Positions 26,293 through 37,171 of a stretch of 64,000 nt of DNA are shown here, piece after piece. The notes under the pieces were generated by a model. The model worked only from the letters and a program-made list of their open reading frames with translations. It made no database searches and was not told where the DNA came from. The stretch lies in NCBI GenBank assembly GCA_949358305.1, contig OX442314.1:2108001-2172000 (forward strand). The letters run 5' to 3'. Position 1 is the first letter of the stretch. Each line of letters begins with the position of its first letter. The DNA is from Strigamia acuminata. Lineage: Eukaryota. A program made the translations under genes and the position numbers.

Positions 26293-27000
26293 ACAAGCAT
26301 AGAGTTTCCAACTCTTTAATTGTCATTCTTAATATCTTAAGAAATGTTCACCAAATTCTATTGAATTGTTAGACTCAACTCGTACTCTTTTTTAATTTAT
26401 TTAAAATTAATCAACTACTTTCTTTCAGGAACAGCGTAGACGATTAGACTAATCGGCTTTCCCGCACAGCACATCTCCCGGTTGCCAAGCAACGAAATGA
26501 ACTCGTCCGAACTCGTTCTCATGTTCGACAGCGCGGATTTCAAAGGAAATCTTAACTTCTCTGATCAAAATAAATTTCTCCGTAGTTTATATAATTCAGA
26601 TGAGACATTAAATAAATTTATGCAAATTTTATTTATCAAATCTAAACTACGAATCATTCTTTATTACGGTTGTTATAAAAATGAAAACTGACTTCAACTC
26701 GAAGTCTTTTAAAACTTTGATCAAAGTGAAAACAAAACACACAAATCTTTATGTAATTCAACCACATCTAATTATGAAAATAATCAAGATCAACAACATA
26801 AATTGAATTCAAACTTGAATCCAATTTTCAAAATTAACTTATTCTTAGGAATATTAATAATTAGCTCAAAAATCTTCAAACATTTAAACAAATTATTCTT
26901 AATTCGGAAATAAACGAAATCACACTTGAAAACACAACAAACAACACTTGGCATATTTTAAATTTAAAATATCCACTCGGAAAAAAAAAATGTTTTACTT

Positions 27001-28500
27001 CTATTCTTTCTTCTCGACGTTGGTCGACTTCTCAACAGGTTTCTCGACTTCAGTCGAGGTTAGGAAATCTGAAGATTCTTCAGTTGCCTCAGTGGAGGCG
27101 GCGGAAAATACTGCTTCCTCGGGTTTTTCCACTTCCGCCGGACTCGGCGGAGGGAACGGCAAATCTTCAAAAAGATCAGCCACGAAGTCGACGATAGAAA
27201 TCGGATTCTCCTCGGCATCCTCGTACTTCGACTCGTCGGAAACATCCGACTTGGCCACTGGAGGAACCTCCGGTTTTTTACCTTGCTCCGACACAATCTT
27301 CTGGAGCCGACGGGCTCGTCCTCGAGCGACGATGTTTTGTCGCTGCTCCTGGGCAATTGCTTTAGCTCTGTCCAGTGTAAGGCATCCTCGCCCACGAGAC
27401 ATGGTTCTCGGACGAGTTACCACTTCTTCCTCGACGCTCTCAACCTCTTGCACCGTTTCGTCCGAAACTTCGGATACATTCGACGAAGGTGGGTGTCGAA
27501 AGGCTTCGACCGTCAGTCCTGCATTGGCAGCGGCTCTTTCCTTCGTGAGGAACCTGGGGTCGATGTAAACGGCTTCTCCTCGAGCGTTGAGAAACACGCG
27601 ACAAATTGGGCAGTGAGCCCAACATCTCTTCTCGTTGGGCTTCATCCCCTTCACGACATGGGGTTCCACCTCCTTGCGCCAGGGCTCTGAGCGCGGTCGC
27701 ACCTTCGTGCCTCGGCAGTTGGGGCATCTCATAAGAGAAGAGCCGGCGGAAGCACCGCAACACCAACCACAACCAACACAAAATGGACAGATGGTCTCCG
27801 TCGCTTGGTCGGTGACAATATTGTCGTGGGGAATTCCCTGCGCAATATCCCGCGCACACTGCTCACGGCGCTTTTGGGCCGCCTCGTCCTTCTTCTTGGC
27901 TTTATAAGCCATGCGCTGCGCGTTGGGACGGGTCGTCGACGCGGGTAGCCGAAAAGCTCCTGGCGGAGGTTCCGTCCATCCAGACGAAGAGGCAGACGAC
28001 TCTGCTCCGGCGGGAATCCATCCTGGATTCGCAGCTACAGTGGTAACTGGGGCACTAACAACGGAAGTATTCGCGACGATTGGCGGAACACTTGCTACGG
28101 GTGGCTGGAACACTGGCGTGTGTGGAGCCAACGGGACACTGATGACGTTAGTCGGTGGGTGTACCACTTGCGCGAGCGGGGCCAACTGGGCCACTGGAAC
28201 TGTCAGCTGCGCACCTATTCCAGGAAAGACTTCCGTTGGCAATGGAGCATTTGCTTGCATGTCGGGCGGAAGACATTCCGGGTGCGAGCCAATCCAATTC
28301 AGCGCGGCCAATTGAAGCGGCGTCAGGTTGAACGTCGGCACAGGTGCAATTTGTTGCAACCTCATCAAATTCCGTTCGGCGGAACGACGCTGTTCTCCCT
28401 CCGTTGAGGTGGACGAGCTGGAGCTGGAACTTCGTCGATGCCGACGATGACTGCGTTTAGAATGATGTTTATTCGAACCCATTCTAAACAAATAAATCAT
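27001..28500 (-). CDS. ORF3: non-envelope accessory protein (R/S-rich, P-rich, Cys cluster, acidic tail); likely start 28482
   Basis: 499-codon ORF, identical translation in all three copies; no visible signal peptide or transmembrane helix. Confidence 0.85.
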   Translation of the reverse strand: MIYLFRMGSNKHHSKRSHRRHRRSSSSSSSTSTEGEQRRSAERNLMRLQQIAPVPTFNLTPLQLAALNWIGSHPECLPPDMQANAPLPTEVFPGIGAQLTVPVAQLAPLAQVVHPPTNVISVPLAPHTPVFQPPVASVPPIVANTSVVSAPVTTVAANPGWIPAGAESSASSSGWTEPPPGAFRLPASTTRPNAQRMAYKAKKKDEAAQKRREQCARDIAQGIPHDNIVTDQATETICPFCVGCGWCCGASAGSSLMRCPNCRGTKVRPRSEPWRKEVEPHVVKGMKPNEKRCWAHCPICRVFLNARGEAVYIDPRFLTKERAAANAGLTVEAFRHPPSSNVSEVSDETVQEVESVEEEVVTRPRTMSRGRGCLTLDRAKAIAQEQRQNIVARGRARRLQKIVSEQGKKPEVPPVAKSDVSDESKYEDAEENPISIVDFVADLFEDLPFPPPSPAEVEKPEEAVFSAASTEATEESSDFLTSTEVEKPVEKSTNVEKKE

Positions 28501-29581
28501 TTATTAAAATAATTTTCACTTCAAACTCCCAAAATTCTTTGTATTCAAAAAAATTGTAAACTACGTTCGTAACAACTTCGTGTAAACCGAGTTATTTATA
28601 ACTTGTATCACATGGCACTTAATGACTCATGTCCCCTTGTGTTTCCGACAAGAGAATAGACTCGCCCGAAGGATTTTTTCAAAATCGCAACTTGTTGAGT
28701 TTTCTCTCGAAAATTCTTTTTAGCTATCTTTTCAATAGAAATTCTAGTTCTGAATAATTAATTATTCCATTCCACGTGTGAGTGAAAAAAAAATAAAATA
28801 CCGAATAAACTTCGGTTGAGAATTTATTACGAATAAAAATTACCCAAGCCTCGACCGCGACTTAATTTAATTAGTGCTACTACGCTTAAGTTAACAAATA
28901 CTTGTTTAAATTCAAGCCATCTAATTCATTCGATAGAATAATTAATTTCCCCGCTAAATTAGCTAAGTCACGTTTATAACTACACGTGAATCTTTCCAAG
29001 TTTTAATCAAACTTTATCGGGACGCCGTATACAAGTGTTACGAATATTTTCACAACTTTTGACAAAGAATTCAAAATTTACTTACGTAACTATCGCTTTA
29101 GGAACTCCTAAATTTCTGTAACTCTCACTTAATGGATAAGTCCGTTCGTTTAAATCTTTCTCGACGTGCGAAGAAAAGGTAGAGACGAGTAGACCGGTGT
29201 CCACGTGTTGAAGTGTGTGTGTGCAATGAACCCTGGGATTTTTATCCCCTTTTAATCGGGTTCGAGGTTTAATCGCACTTCGATAATCACGTGTCTTCGT
29301 GAGAAGACGAGATCACTTGTTTCAAGTAAATCTTCGTATTTTTTAATAATAAAAAATACCTGCATATCTCAAATAAAGTCAATCAAAGAGATAATCTATC
29401 GAAACTAATCAATTCCGATACAAATTTATATTTTAATATAAATCTGACGAAAATGTGTATTTATTATGTCCCCCGGTGTTGAGATTATAAATCTCTACAC
29501 GAATTTAGACATGTAAATAAGCACACATCAAGTTTTAAATAAAACTTTATTAAATCCTAGGTAAACTTTGAGATTTTTATC

Positions 29582-32500
29582 TCATTGTTGGTAAGGCTTC
29601 TTAAATACTGCCGTAATATTTCGCACGAAATTTTCATCTGAATATTTCGGATTTGGAACTCGTTCTCTTCGAGGACGCGTGCTAGTTCGTTCAACTAGTT
29701 TCTGGGGTTTACGTGGTTTGCGAGGAGGTTTCTTTAGAGGTTCTCCTCGTTCCACTGCTGCTTTCTTATCCACAGCAATTAATCGCTGTCGATGTCTATG
29801 TTTAGACTTTTCTTGTACAGATTTTTTAGTCTGTATTTGGGGCGATTCGGATAATTCCATCGGAACTTCCGTAGGAGTTTCAGGAATTATTTCCTTTTGA
29901 ACAGGTGGTGACGGAAGTTCATTACTTTCGTCCATCCATTTAGGATTTTCCTGATCTGTATTTGAAGCAGTTTTCTGCCCTATTTTCCAAGTTTCAATTG
30001 GATATAACGGCGTATAAGGATATAAAGCCTTAATGTTCACTGATTTTTCTATTGAACCATCAGCAAGTTTGCGTAATTTATACGCGCTACCTGGAAGGAT
30101 TTCGACAATCTCCCAAGGACCGTCCCGCTTCTCAGCAAGACCTGCGGAGATCTTTTTGTCTGCGCACGAGAGAATGTGAGTTTGTTTCCAAACTAAATCT
30201 CCAACTTCGAATTCAATAATTGTGAACTTTTGTTCGTGAATCTTACGATGTCTTTCGTAATTCAATTGAATTCTTCTGTGCATCTCTTGATGCGCTCTAC
30301 GTAATATGTCAAGTAATTCTCGAACATACTTCTCAGGGTTATGCTTGTCAAATGGGTTGGCATGCCTGAGAATTCTCGGATCGAAAGGTAAGGTAACAAT
30401 TCTCCCCGTATTAAGCAACATCGGTGTCGAATTTGTTGCATCCGATTTATTATTACGAATTACAAACGCAAATTCGTCTAAATATCGCGGCCATTGGGTG
30501 TGCACATCCGTGTAAATTGCCAATAAAATCTTAATGTCCCTGTTGGCTCTCTCTGTCGGGTTAGCCTGAGCATGATAAGTGCTCGTATGAGCCGGTCGGA
30601 TATGATAAGTTTCGCAATATTCATTATAAATATCTGAAACGAATTGTTTCCCATTATCACTAACAATCTTTTTTGGGTGACCCCAACGATTTGCAACAGA
30701 TCTTAATTCTTGAACGCAATTAGCGCTCGTGGCTTTGGTTAAAGCTTTAATCTCTACAAATTTAGTACAGTTGTCAATTATGACGAAGACGTACTGGTTT
30801 TGGGATCTCCCAGCTGGTTTTGGCCCCATTAAGTCCATATTAATATGTTCCCAAGGGTTGGTCATGTTATGAGGTACGTAAGGACCTGCACGCTTTTTCT
30901 GCTGATCCGGTTTGTATTGACTACAATGGGGGCAGCTTTTAACGTAATTTCTTACGCTTCGGCTCATTCCTGGCCAGTAGTAAATCAATCGAGTTTTCTC
31001 GAGAGTTTTACTCATGCCTGCGTGGCCGCTCAAGGGGTGGCCATGACAGGCGAAAAGCACTCGCTTTATGAGTGAACTGGGAACAACCGCTTTGAAGCCA
31101 TTACCAGAGTCGTTGAGCTCTTCTTCAAATGAAGGATTAAAGAAAATGATCATTTGATCGCCATCATCTTCCTTTTTGTCCAAACAATAGTTTCTAACTT
31201 TGTTTTTCCATTCTTTTATTTCCGATTTCGGAATTCCGACAATTCTGTCGAATAAAAGATACTCTCGAATGCGTTTACATTCAGTGTCGACTAACTGCGC
31301 ATCAATTATTTCCCTTCTTGTAGGTGGGACTTCTTTTATCACATCAGTGAGAGCACTATACAAAGTTTCTTGTATCTCCTCCCCCTCCCTTTCTTCAGAA
31401 TATTCTTTAGAATTTTCTGAAAAATGGACACGAACATTTGCTAAATATTCTGACCTTCCTGGAGCACGATTCAAAGAAATCGAAGGATTGCCGTCCCATT
31501 CTGGCCAATACTGATTTATTTCGATGGGTTCCACATGATCACGAAGAGGAATGTCTTCCTCTCCTAATGGAGCTCTTGAAAGTGCGTCTGCAACTTGGTT
31601 ATAAGCACCCCTTCGAAATACAATCTTGAAAGCACCACATTGGATTCTTAAGGCCCATCGACCAAATTTTCCAGATGGCTCAGGCGTTCGCATAAGCCAT
31701 TTTAATGCTTCAGCATCTGACTCGAGTGTAAAAGTACCATATTCTAAATATGGTTTAAAACGATCAATAGCCCACACGACTGCGAGGCATTCGAGTTCTG
31801 GCGTTGTGTAACGCTTCTCCGCTCCTCTCAGTACTCTGCTTGCGTAAGCTACAGGTCTGGGTGCCGTGCCCGTTTTCTTTTTGTCTTTATCTAAAAGATC
31901 AACATCTTGGCAGATGACAGCTCCTAAGCCTTCGTGGGATGCGTCAGTCATGACTACGAAAGGTTTGGACATGTCTGGTTTGTGCAGACAATTGTCGTTA
32001 CAAAGCAGCGCTTTAATTTTATTAAAAGCTTCAGTTTGAGCATCTCCCCATTCAAATGGAGTTTTCTCATTCATCATACATGTGTATGGCGCAGCAATGG
32101 CTCCGTGATTAGGAACGAACTTCCTGAAGAAGTTTGTCATTCCATGAAACCGTTGAATGTCTTTAGCACATGTTGGAGTCGGAAATTTCATAATTGCAGA
32201 AATTTTATCGGGATCTCCATATAAACCGTCAGGTTTAATCCAATGTCCTAAGAACTTAAGTTCTGTTCTTCCAAAACGAGACTTCGCTTTATTGATTGTC
32301 ATATTAGCTTTATTAAGCTTTTCCAACACGTCTCGGACATGAATGAGATGTTCATCCCAAGTATTCGAATAGACAATTACGTCGTCTAAATAAACTAACG
32401 CGTAGTTTTGCAATGCTGAGCCTAAAACGCCTTCCATCAATCGTTGGAAAGTGCAAGGAGCATTACAAAGTCCAAATGGCATTCGCACAAATTGGTAAGG

Positions 32501-33757
32501 ACCATTCGGTGTGTAAAAGGCCGTCTTTGGACGATCTTCTTTACACATCTCGACTTGGTAATATCCTTTGACCAGGTCAATGGATGTGAAATACCTTCCT
32601 GGTCCAGTATTATGCAAAAGCAGATCTATACTAGGCATCTGAATCACATCTAATTCGGTGATTGCATTCAACCACCTATAGTCGATACACATTCTGTACG
32701 TACCATCAGGTTTCGCAACAATTACAGGATGGCTAATGAATGGCCCAGTGGCCTTTTCAATTAGTCCATCTTGTTCTAGTTCAGCAACTAATTTGGACAT
32801 AATGGCTCTCTTGGCCGGATTGTACATGCGGTACTGCATTCTGGGCAATGAATGCCCTTCTTTGAATTTAATACGATGTTGAGTAACATTCGTACATCCA
32901 ACTTGGTCACGAAATACATTAGATACTGCATTGACCACTTCTCGAAGCGCTAGGCGCTGTTCAGGAGTGCAATCACTACCTTCAACTAACTTCTCATCCC
33001 ATTCTAAAACGGGTGCATCAGATAATTCAGTTGAATCAGCAACTGACGCCAGTTCTTCTAAATATTCGAAAGTAATTCGATTTAGAGGTGCCATTGCAAA
33101 GTTATCCTCTTCTGACACATAAGGGGCGGACCAAGTAGGTTTATCAGCACAAGAGAACTCTTGGAGATGTGGATGTGTACTAATCTTTTGTCGACGCATA
33201 AAATTATGTCCGAGTATTAATCCACAGACTCGTTTGGCTAAAACGATGAAATTCATCGGCGTGCATTCATCAGCCCACTGTACGCACAAAGTTATTTGTC
33301 CGACTGGTTTGTGCGCTACACCTACAGCATTAACCAACATGTTTCTGGGTGCTTCTTGTAAAAAATCAGGCAGAGCTTGAGTTTCTGACAAAAGCTGTTC
33401 CCCAATATAACATTGAGAAGCTCCTGTGTCCATGAGCGCATTGTAGGTGAGCCCACCAATTGTGACTTTCATTCGAGGATCGTCTTTATTATTACCCAAA
33501 GTAATATTGTGCAAATTATTGCTCCCGATGACTCTGTTGAGTCGTCTAGGTCTACAAAATTTCTTCGTGTAACATTTATGTGGAAACAATGTCAAGCTCT
33601 TGAATTGCTCCGTCATCTTTTGTAGATTTTCATCTACTCCACCGCTATGACTAGTGGCTTCTTCTAGAAACGTAGTTTCCACGTCCATGAACAACGAGTC
33701 CGACATAGCATCAGCTATTTCTGGGGGCTGAATGAATCCTTCATCCCCCGGATCTAG
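29582..33757 (-). CDS. pol: Pol (PR-RT-RNase H-IN), read by -1 frameshift from gag
   Basis: LMDTGAS, MPFGLCNAP, YLDD, TDAS...DALSR, HHCC, DLMGP/SDNG/TERANR, DGPW; frame open back to the gag stop. Confidence 0.97.
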   Translation of the reverse strand, partial: LDPGDEGFIQPPEIADAMSDSLFMDVETTFLEEATSHSGGVDENLQKMTEQFKSLTLFPHKCYTKKFCRPRRLNRVIGSNNLHNITLGNNKDDPRMKVTIGGLTYNALMDTGASQCYIGEQLLSETQALPDFLQEAPRNMLVNAVGVAHKPVGQITLCVQWADECTPMNFIVLAKRVCGLILGHNFMRRQKISTHPHLQEFSCADKPTWSAPYVSEEDNFAMAPLNRITFEYLEELASVADSTELSDAPVLEWDEKLVEGSDCTPEQRLALREVVNAVSNVFRDQVGCTNVTQHRIKFKEGHSLPRMQYRMYNPAKRAIMSKLVAELEQDGLIEKATGPFISHPVIVAKPDGTYRMCIDYRWLNAITELDVIQMPSIDLLLHNTGPGRYFTSIDLVKGYYQVEMCKEDRPKTAFYTPNGPYQFVRMPFGLCNAPCTFQRLMEGVLGSALQNYALVYLDDVIVYSNTWDEHLIHVRDVLEKLNKANMTINKAKSRFGRTELKFLGHWIKPDGLYGDPDKISAIMKFPTPTCAKDIQRFHGMTNFFRKFVPNHGAIAAPYTCMMNEKTPFEWGDAQTEAFNKIKALLCNDNCLHKPDMSKPFVVMTDASHEGLGAVICQDVDLLDKDKKKTGTAPRPVAYASRVLRGAEKRYTTPELECLAVVWAIDRFKPYLEYGTFTLESDAEALKWLMRTPEPSGKFGRWALRIQCGAFKIVFRRGAYNQVADALSRAPLGEEDIPLRDHVEPIEINQYWPEWDGNPSISLNRAPGRSEYLANVRVHFSENSKEYSEEREGEEIQETLYSALTDVIKEVPPTRREIIDAQLVDTECKRIREYLLFDRIVGIPKSEIKEWKNKVRNYCLDKKEDDGDQMIIFFNPSFEEELNDSGNGFKAVVPSSLIKRVLFACHGHPLSGHAGMSKTLEKTRLIYYWPGMSRSVRNYVKSCPHCSQYKPDQQKKRAGPYVPHNMTNPWEHINMDLMGPKPAGRSQNQYVFVIIDNCTKFVEIKALTKATSANCVQELRSVANRWGHPKKIVSDNGKQFVSDIYNEYCETYHIRPAHTSTYHAQANPTERANRDIKILLAIYTDVHTQWPRYLDEFAFVIRNNKSDATNSTPMLLNTGRIVTLPFDPRILRHANPFDKHNPEKYVRELLDILRRAHQEMHRRIQLNYERHRKIHEQKFTIIEFEVGDLVWKQTHILSCADKKISAGLAEKRDGPWEIVEILPGSAYKLRKLADGSIEKSVNIKALYPYTPLYPIETWKIGQKTASNTDQENPKWMDESNELPSPPVQKEIIPETPTEVPMELSESPQIQTKKSVQEKSKHRHRQRLIAVDKKAAVERGEPLKKPPRKPRKPQKLVERTSTRPRRERVPNPKYSDENFVRNITAVFKKPYQQ

Positions 33758-33763
33758 TTTTTT
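33723..33763 (-). promoter_or_regulatory. -1 programmed ribosomal frameshift signal
   Basis: A AAA AAC then TAG, 7-nt spacer, stem GGGGGATGAA...TTCAGCCCCC; pol is in the -1 frame. Confidence 0.9.
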
Positions 33764-36066
33764 GCACTAGAATCAGTCGAATCGTTAGATTCAGGTTTAG
33801 CCAATTGTTTGACTATCTCAGCTAATTGATTAGTGAGCGTCGACTGCAGTTTATTCTCAAAATTATTAAATTTGGAATCAAGTTTCACATCTAGTGTCGC
33901 ATCCAACACTTCTTGGGTTACCCAATTAGGTTTACGCTTAGCAGAGGGATCCAAAGTTGGATTATCTGGGGTATTTCGCTTCTGAATGTCTTCAGACTTA
34001 AAATTCGAACGGGGTTTTAAATCTGGACACTCTCGTCGGAAATGTCCGGGTTTCTTACAATTAAAGCAAACCATTTGTCCCCTCCTGTTGGGGTCTACTA
34101 CACCATTTACTGCGTAAATTAGTTCACATTCTTCGGGTAACTCATCTGTACAGAAATTAATCTGTTCATCTGATTCCAAAGTCAGGGACTTGGCGTTATT
34201 TTTAGGTTGCGAACGAGTGTCCGGTTTCCTAGGTGGGAAAACGACTGGATCGTTTACTCTCACCCCATTGGCTGTACGGCTGTACAGTCCTTTCTTCTTT
34301 GTAATAGCATTATAAATGTCTATGAAGGGAAGTTCATCTAAACCTTGCGTGTGCAAGAGAAGATCGTTGGCGGGAGTAATGCTTCCCAAGAATATACTCG
34401 CAGCTCCCTGAGAGTTAAGGTTATCTTGTAATAACCAAAGTTGGTAAAACTTATGTGTATAATCATACAAGTTTTCTGATTCGAGCTGTCTCAACTTTGT
34501 TAATTGGGTTGTTCGTTCCAAGCATGTGGCAACAAACCTTCCTCTAAACGCTTTTTCAAACGTGTCCCAATTATGAAAGTCGTTTCGTCTCTCTTGAAAC
34601 CAACTATATGCGAGGTCGGTTAAGTAACCAGCCACGCCTTTTACTAACATTTCATCGAGTGAAATATTTCGTAGAAACGCAACGTTTCGAATTATACTGA
34701 GGAAGCGCTCGCTTTCTTCAGTTTTACCCGAAAATACAGGTATATCGGGAGGTTTCAAACTTATAGTTTGGGGTGTTGCAGGGGTGGAATTCTTTCCTAC
34801 TTGGGCTAGTTTATGCATATTTAATGCAATAGTGGCTAAGTCGTCTGCTGACATCCCAAAACTACTTGTTGGTCGCGAATTATCATTCGTCGAACCATTA
34901 TTAAAATGACTCGAGTTATTTTGACTAGAGCCGTTAAAATTATTGGGGTTGAAATTATTTGACCCTCCTTGATTTTGTCTACCTTGATGGCCAAGATTCG
35001 AATGGTTATTCGGTCCACCTTGGTTGTCAAAATTTGAATGATTATTCGATCCACGGGGATTTTGTCTTCTTTGGTTACCAAAGTTGGAATGATTATTTGC
35101 TCCACCTTGATTTCCAAAGTTCGAATGATTATTCGAATTTCCCTGATAACCTTGATTCGAAAAATTATTCGACTGGTTCTGATTGCCAGGTTGTGAATAA
35201 TTATTCCACTGGTCTTGATTACCGAAACTTGAACAGTTATTCGGGTTATTTAAGTTATTTAAGTTCGGCTGAACTGGATAACTTCCTTGCGATATAGGCA
35301 ATTGGTTTGGAATATTATTATTTCCAGAAAAAGGATTCAAACGATTGTTTGGATCGACTATTCCTCTTAGCTGCGCGCTTAGATCATTATTTAATCCATG
35401 CGTGGGTTCAGCAGCAAGATTCGGACAACTGTTGGCTCCATTCGGAAAACCAGGATTCGGGTTTTTATTATTATTAAGACCCATAAATCTTCTTTTATGA
35501 GAAGCAACAAATTGATTATTCATTCGCCGATAAAACGCTTGTTCAAAACTGCCGGGTGTAGGATCCTGTTGATCCCAACGAGATTTCCGGTTGGTCGTCG
35601 GAGGTCCTGTCGTCTTCTGACGATACCGAGTGATCGGTGTTGTCGTATTCAAACCAGGATCTGTCGGTCCTTGATTACGTGGAGTCTGTGATCTAGAACT
35701 AGAATGCTCCGACGGATCTCGATGTGTGTTAACAAAATCTAAAACTTCGGCCATTGTTCCAAATTGAATTGGATTCAAACAATAATCTCGACAAATAAAA
35801 AGTCCAGCTGGACCTAAATGTGATCCATCTTGTGGACGATTCATTTCCTCCACGGGGGTAGGATCAGTTACTTCCACAACTGGATCGATAATGGCGACTG
35901 GGTCAGTCAGTTCAATTGAAACATTATTATCATCCACGTGGTTTTCCACGATATTCACTGTTTCCGTTTCATCTGGAACGGGTACAAATCCGGCTAAATT
36001 AATTCCACCGGTCAAACACGTTCTCTCCTTACCACGGGTATTCATCGAATGCTGGTTACTAGTCAT
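33754..36066 (-). CDS. gag: Gag (N/Q/G-rich region, capsid, CCHC knuckle)
   Basis: IPVFSG...AYSWF...WDTFEKAFRGRF...LRQ capsid pattern; CFNCKKPGHFRREC. Confidence 0.95.
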   Translation of the reverse strand: MTSNQHSMNTRGKERTCLTGGINLAGFVPVPDETETVNIVENHVDDNNVSIELTDPVAIIDPVVEVTDPTPVEEMNRPQDGSHLGPAGLFICRDYCLNPIQFGTMAEVLDFVNTHRDPSEHSSSRSQTPRNQGPTDPGLNTTTPITRYRQKTTGPPTTNRKSRWDQQDPTPGSFEQAFYRRMNNQFVASHKRRFMGLNNNKNPNPGFPNGANSCPNLAAEPTHGLNNDLSAQLRGIVDPNNRLNPFSGNNNIPNQLPISQGSYPVQPNLNNLNNPNNCSSFGNQDQWNNYSQPGNQNQSNNFSNQGYQGNSNNHSNFGNQGGANNHSNFGNQRRQNPRGSNNHSNFDNQGGPNNHSNLGHQGRQNQGGSNNFNPNNFNGSSQNNSSHFNNGSTNDNSRPTSSFGMSADDLATIALNMHKLAQVGKNSTPATPQTISLKPPDIPVFSGKTEESERFLSIIRNVAFLRNISLDEMLVKGVAGYLTDLAYSWFQERRNDFHNWDTFEKAFRGRFVATCLERTTQLTKLRQLESENLYDYTHKFYQLWLLQDNLNSQGAASIFLGSITPANDLLLHTQGLDELPFIDIYNAITKKKGLYSRTANGVRVNDPVVFPPRKPDTRSQPKNNAKSLTLESDEQINFCTDELPEECELIYAVNGVVDPNRRGQMVCFNCKKPGHFRRECPDLKPRSNFKSEDIQKRNTPDNPTLDPSAKRKPNWVTQEVLDATLDVKLDSKFNNFENKLQSTLTNQLAEIVKQLAKPESNDSTDSSAKN

Positions 36067-37171
36067 CTTTTAATCGAAATCGAGATTCCAAAAAAATTCA
36101 CAAATAAACGAAGAAGTCACAAGCGATCTGGAAGGTTGCAAACGAAGCAATGGTTTCACTGGGTCGTTCTGGGTTTCAAGTACCTCTGTAAACCTCTCTG
36201 ATTGGTCGAACTTCAAACGTTAGTCTCACGAGATTTTAATCTTATCTGTGATTGATGGATTTCACCTTTTTCGCGGACCCATGATCTAGTCAGATTTCTG
36301 AATTATGACGTAGTCAAAAAAAATAAAAATGGACGATCATCCAAATTCACCGAAAAAGTATTACTTATTTCCATAATAAAATCTTATTTATAACCAATTT
36401 GAATTTCGCTGAAATTTTGTATAACAAGAGCGCGTGAAATCTATCGACTACTACGGCTTTGCTGCAAAGCATTGGTTGCTAGGCAACACAACAAACGAGA
36501 ATTTCTTCGCCAACATTGGAATGAATTTTTTCACTCGTAGATATTTGATTTCAAAGTTTTGAAATCCTACTTTTGACCGAACATTTTAATGTAGAATCAA
36601 GTATGTAAATAAAATAGCTCTTTGAAATAAAATATAAATTTTAATTCCTTCGAAAATGTCAATTTCCTTGTATTTTATTCACGCGAATAAAGTTAGGTTT
36701 AACTTGAAATCTCAAGTATTTATACAGTTATAAAAATAAACAAACTACAAATACTTGTCGGAATTCAGTTAGAATTCCCGATAAAACTTGTGGAACTTTT
36801 CGCATTAGGCCCAACCACGTGGTTTCTCGAATCGACGACGGCGAATCGACGTATCACGGGCGGACGTAACAACGACAAGTTCGGGCAAGATTTTCCAATT
36901 CTCGTGGTCGGATCATTAGGCCTGACCACGCGGTGGGAAATTATTAGTTTGTTTAAAACATACAATTTCTTCGGCGGAAAATCGGAAATGCAAATGAATT
37001 ACATTTATTATCTTGCAAAGCACTTTTAAACGGAATAAATAAATTAGACACAAATATAAATTTCGTTCGAAACTTATTTTACACACAAAAATCACCGTAA
37101 AAGTTACACTTATTCGAATTCACGATAGACACACAAAACTTCAAATATTTTATTTAAAATTTGGACAGCCT

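Noticed and set aside
26948..27568. 206-aa Ser-rich antisense ORF
   Set aside because: Shadow of ORF3; its 5' part is frameshifted in copy 2 by a poly-A length change.
27001..28500. ORF3 as env
   Set aside because: No signal peptide or transmembrane segment; composition is disordered and nuclear-like.
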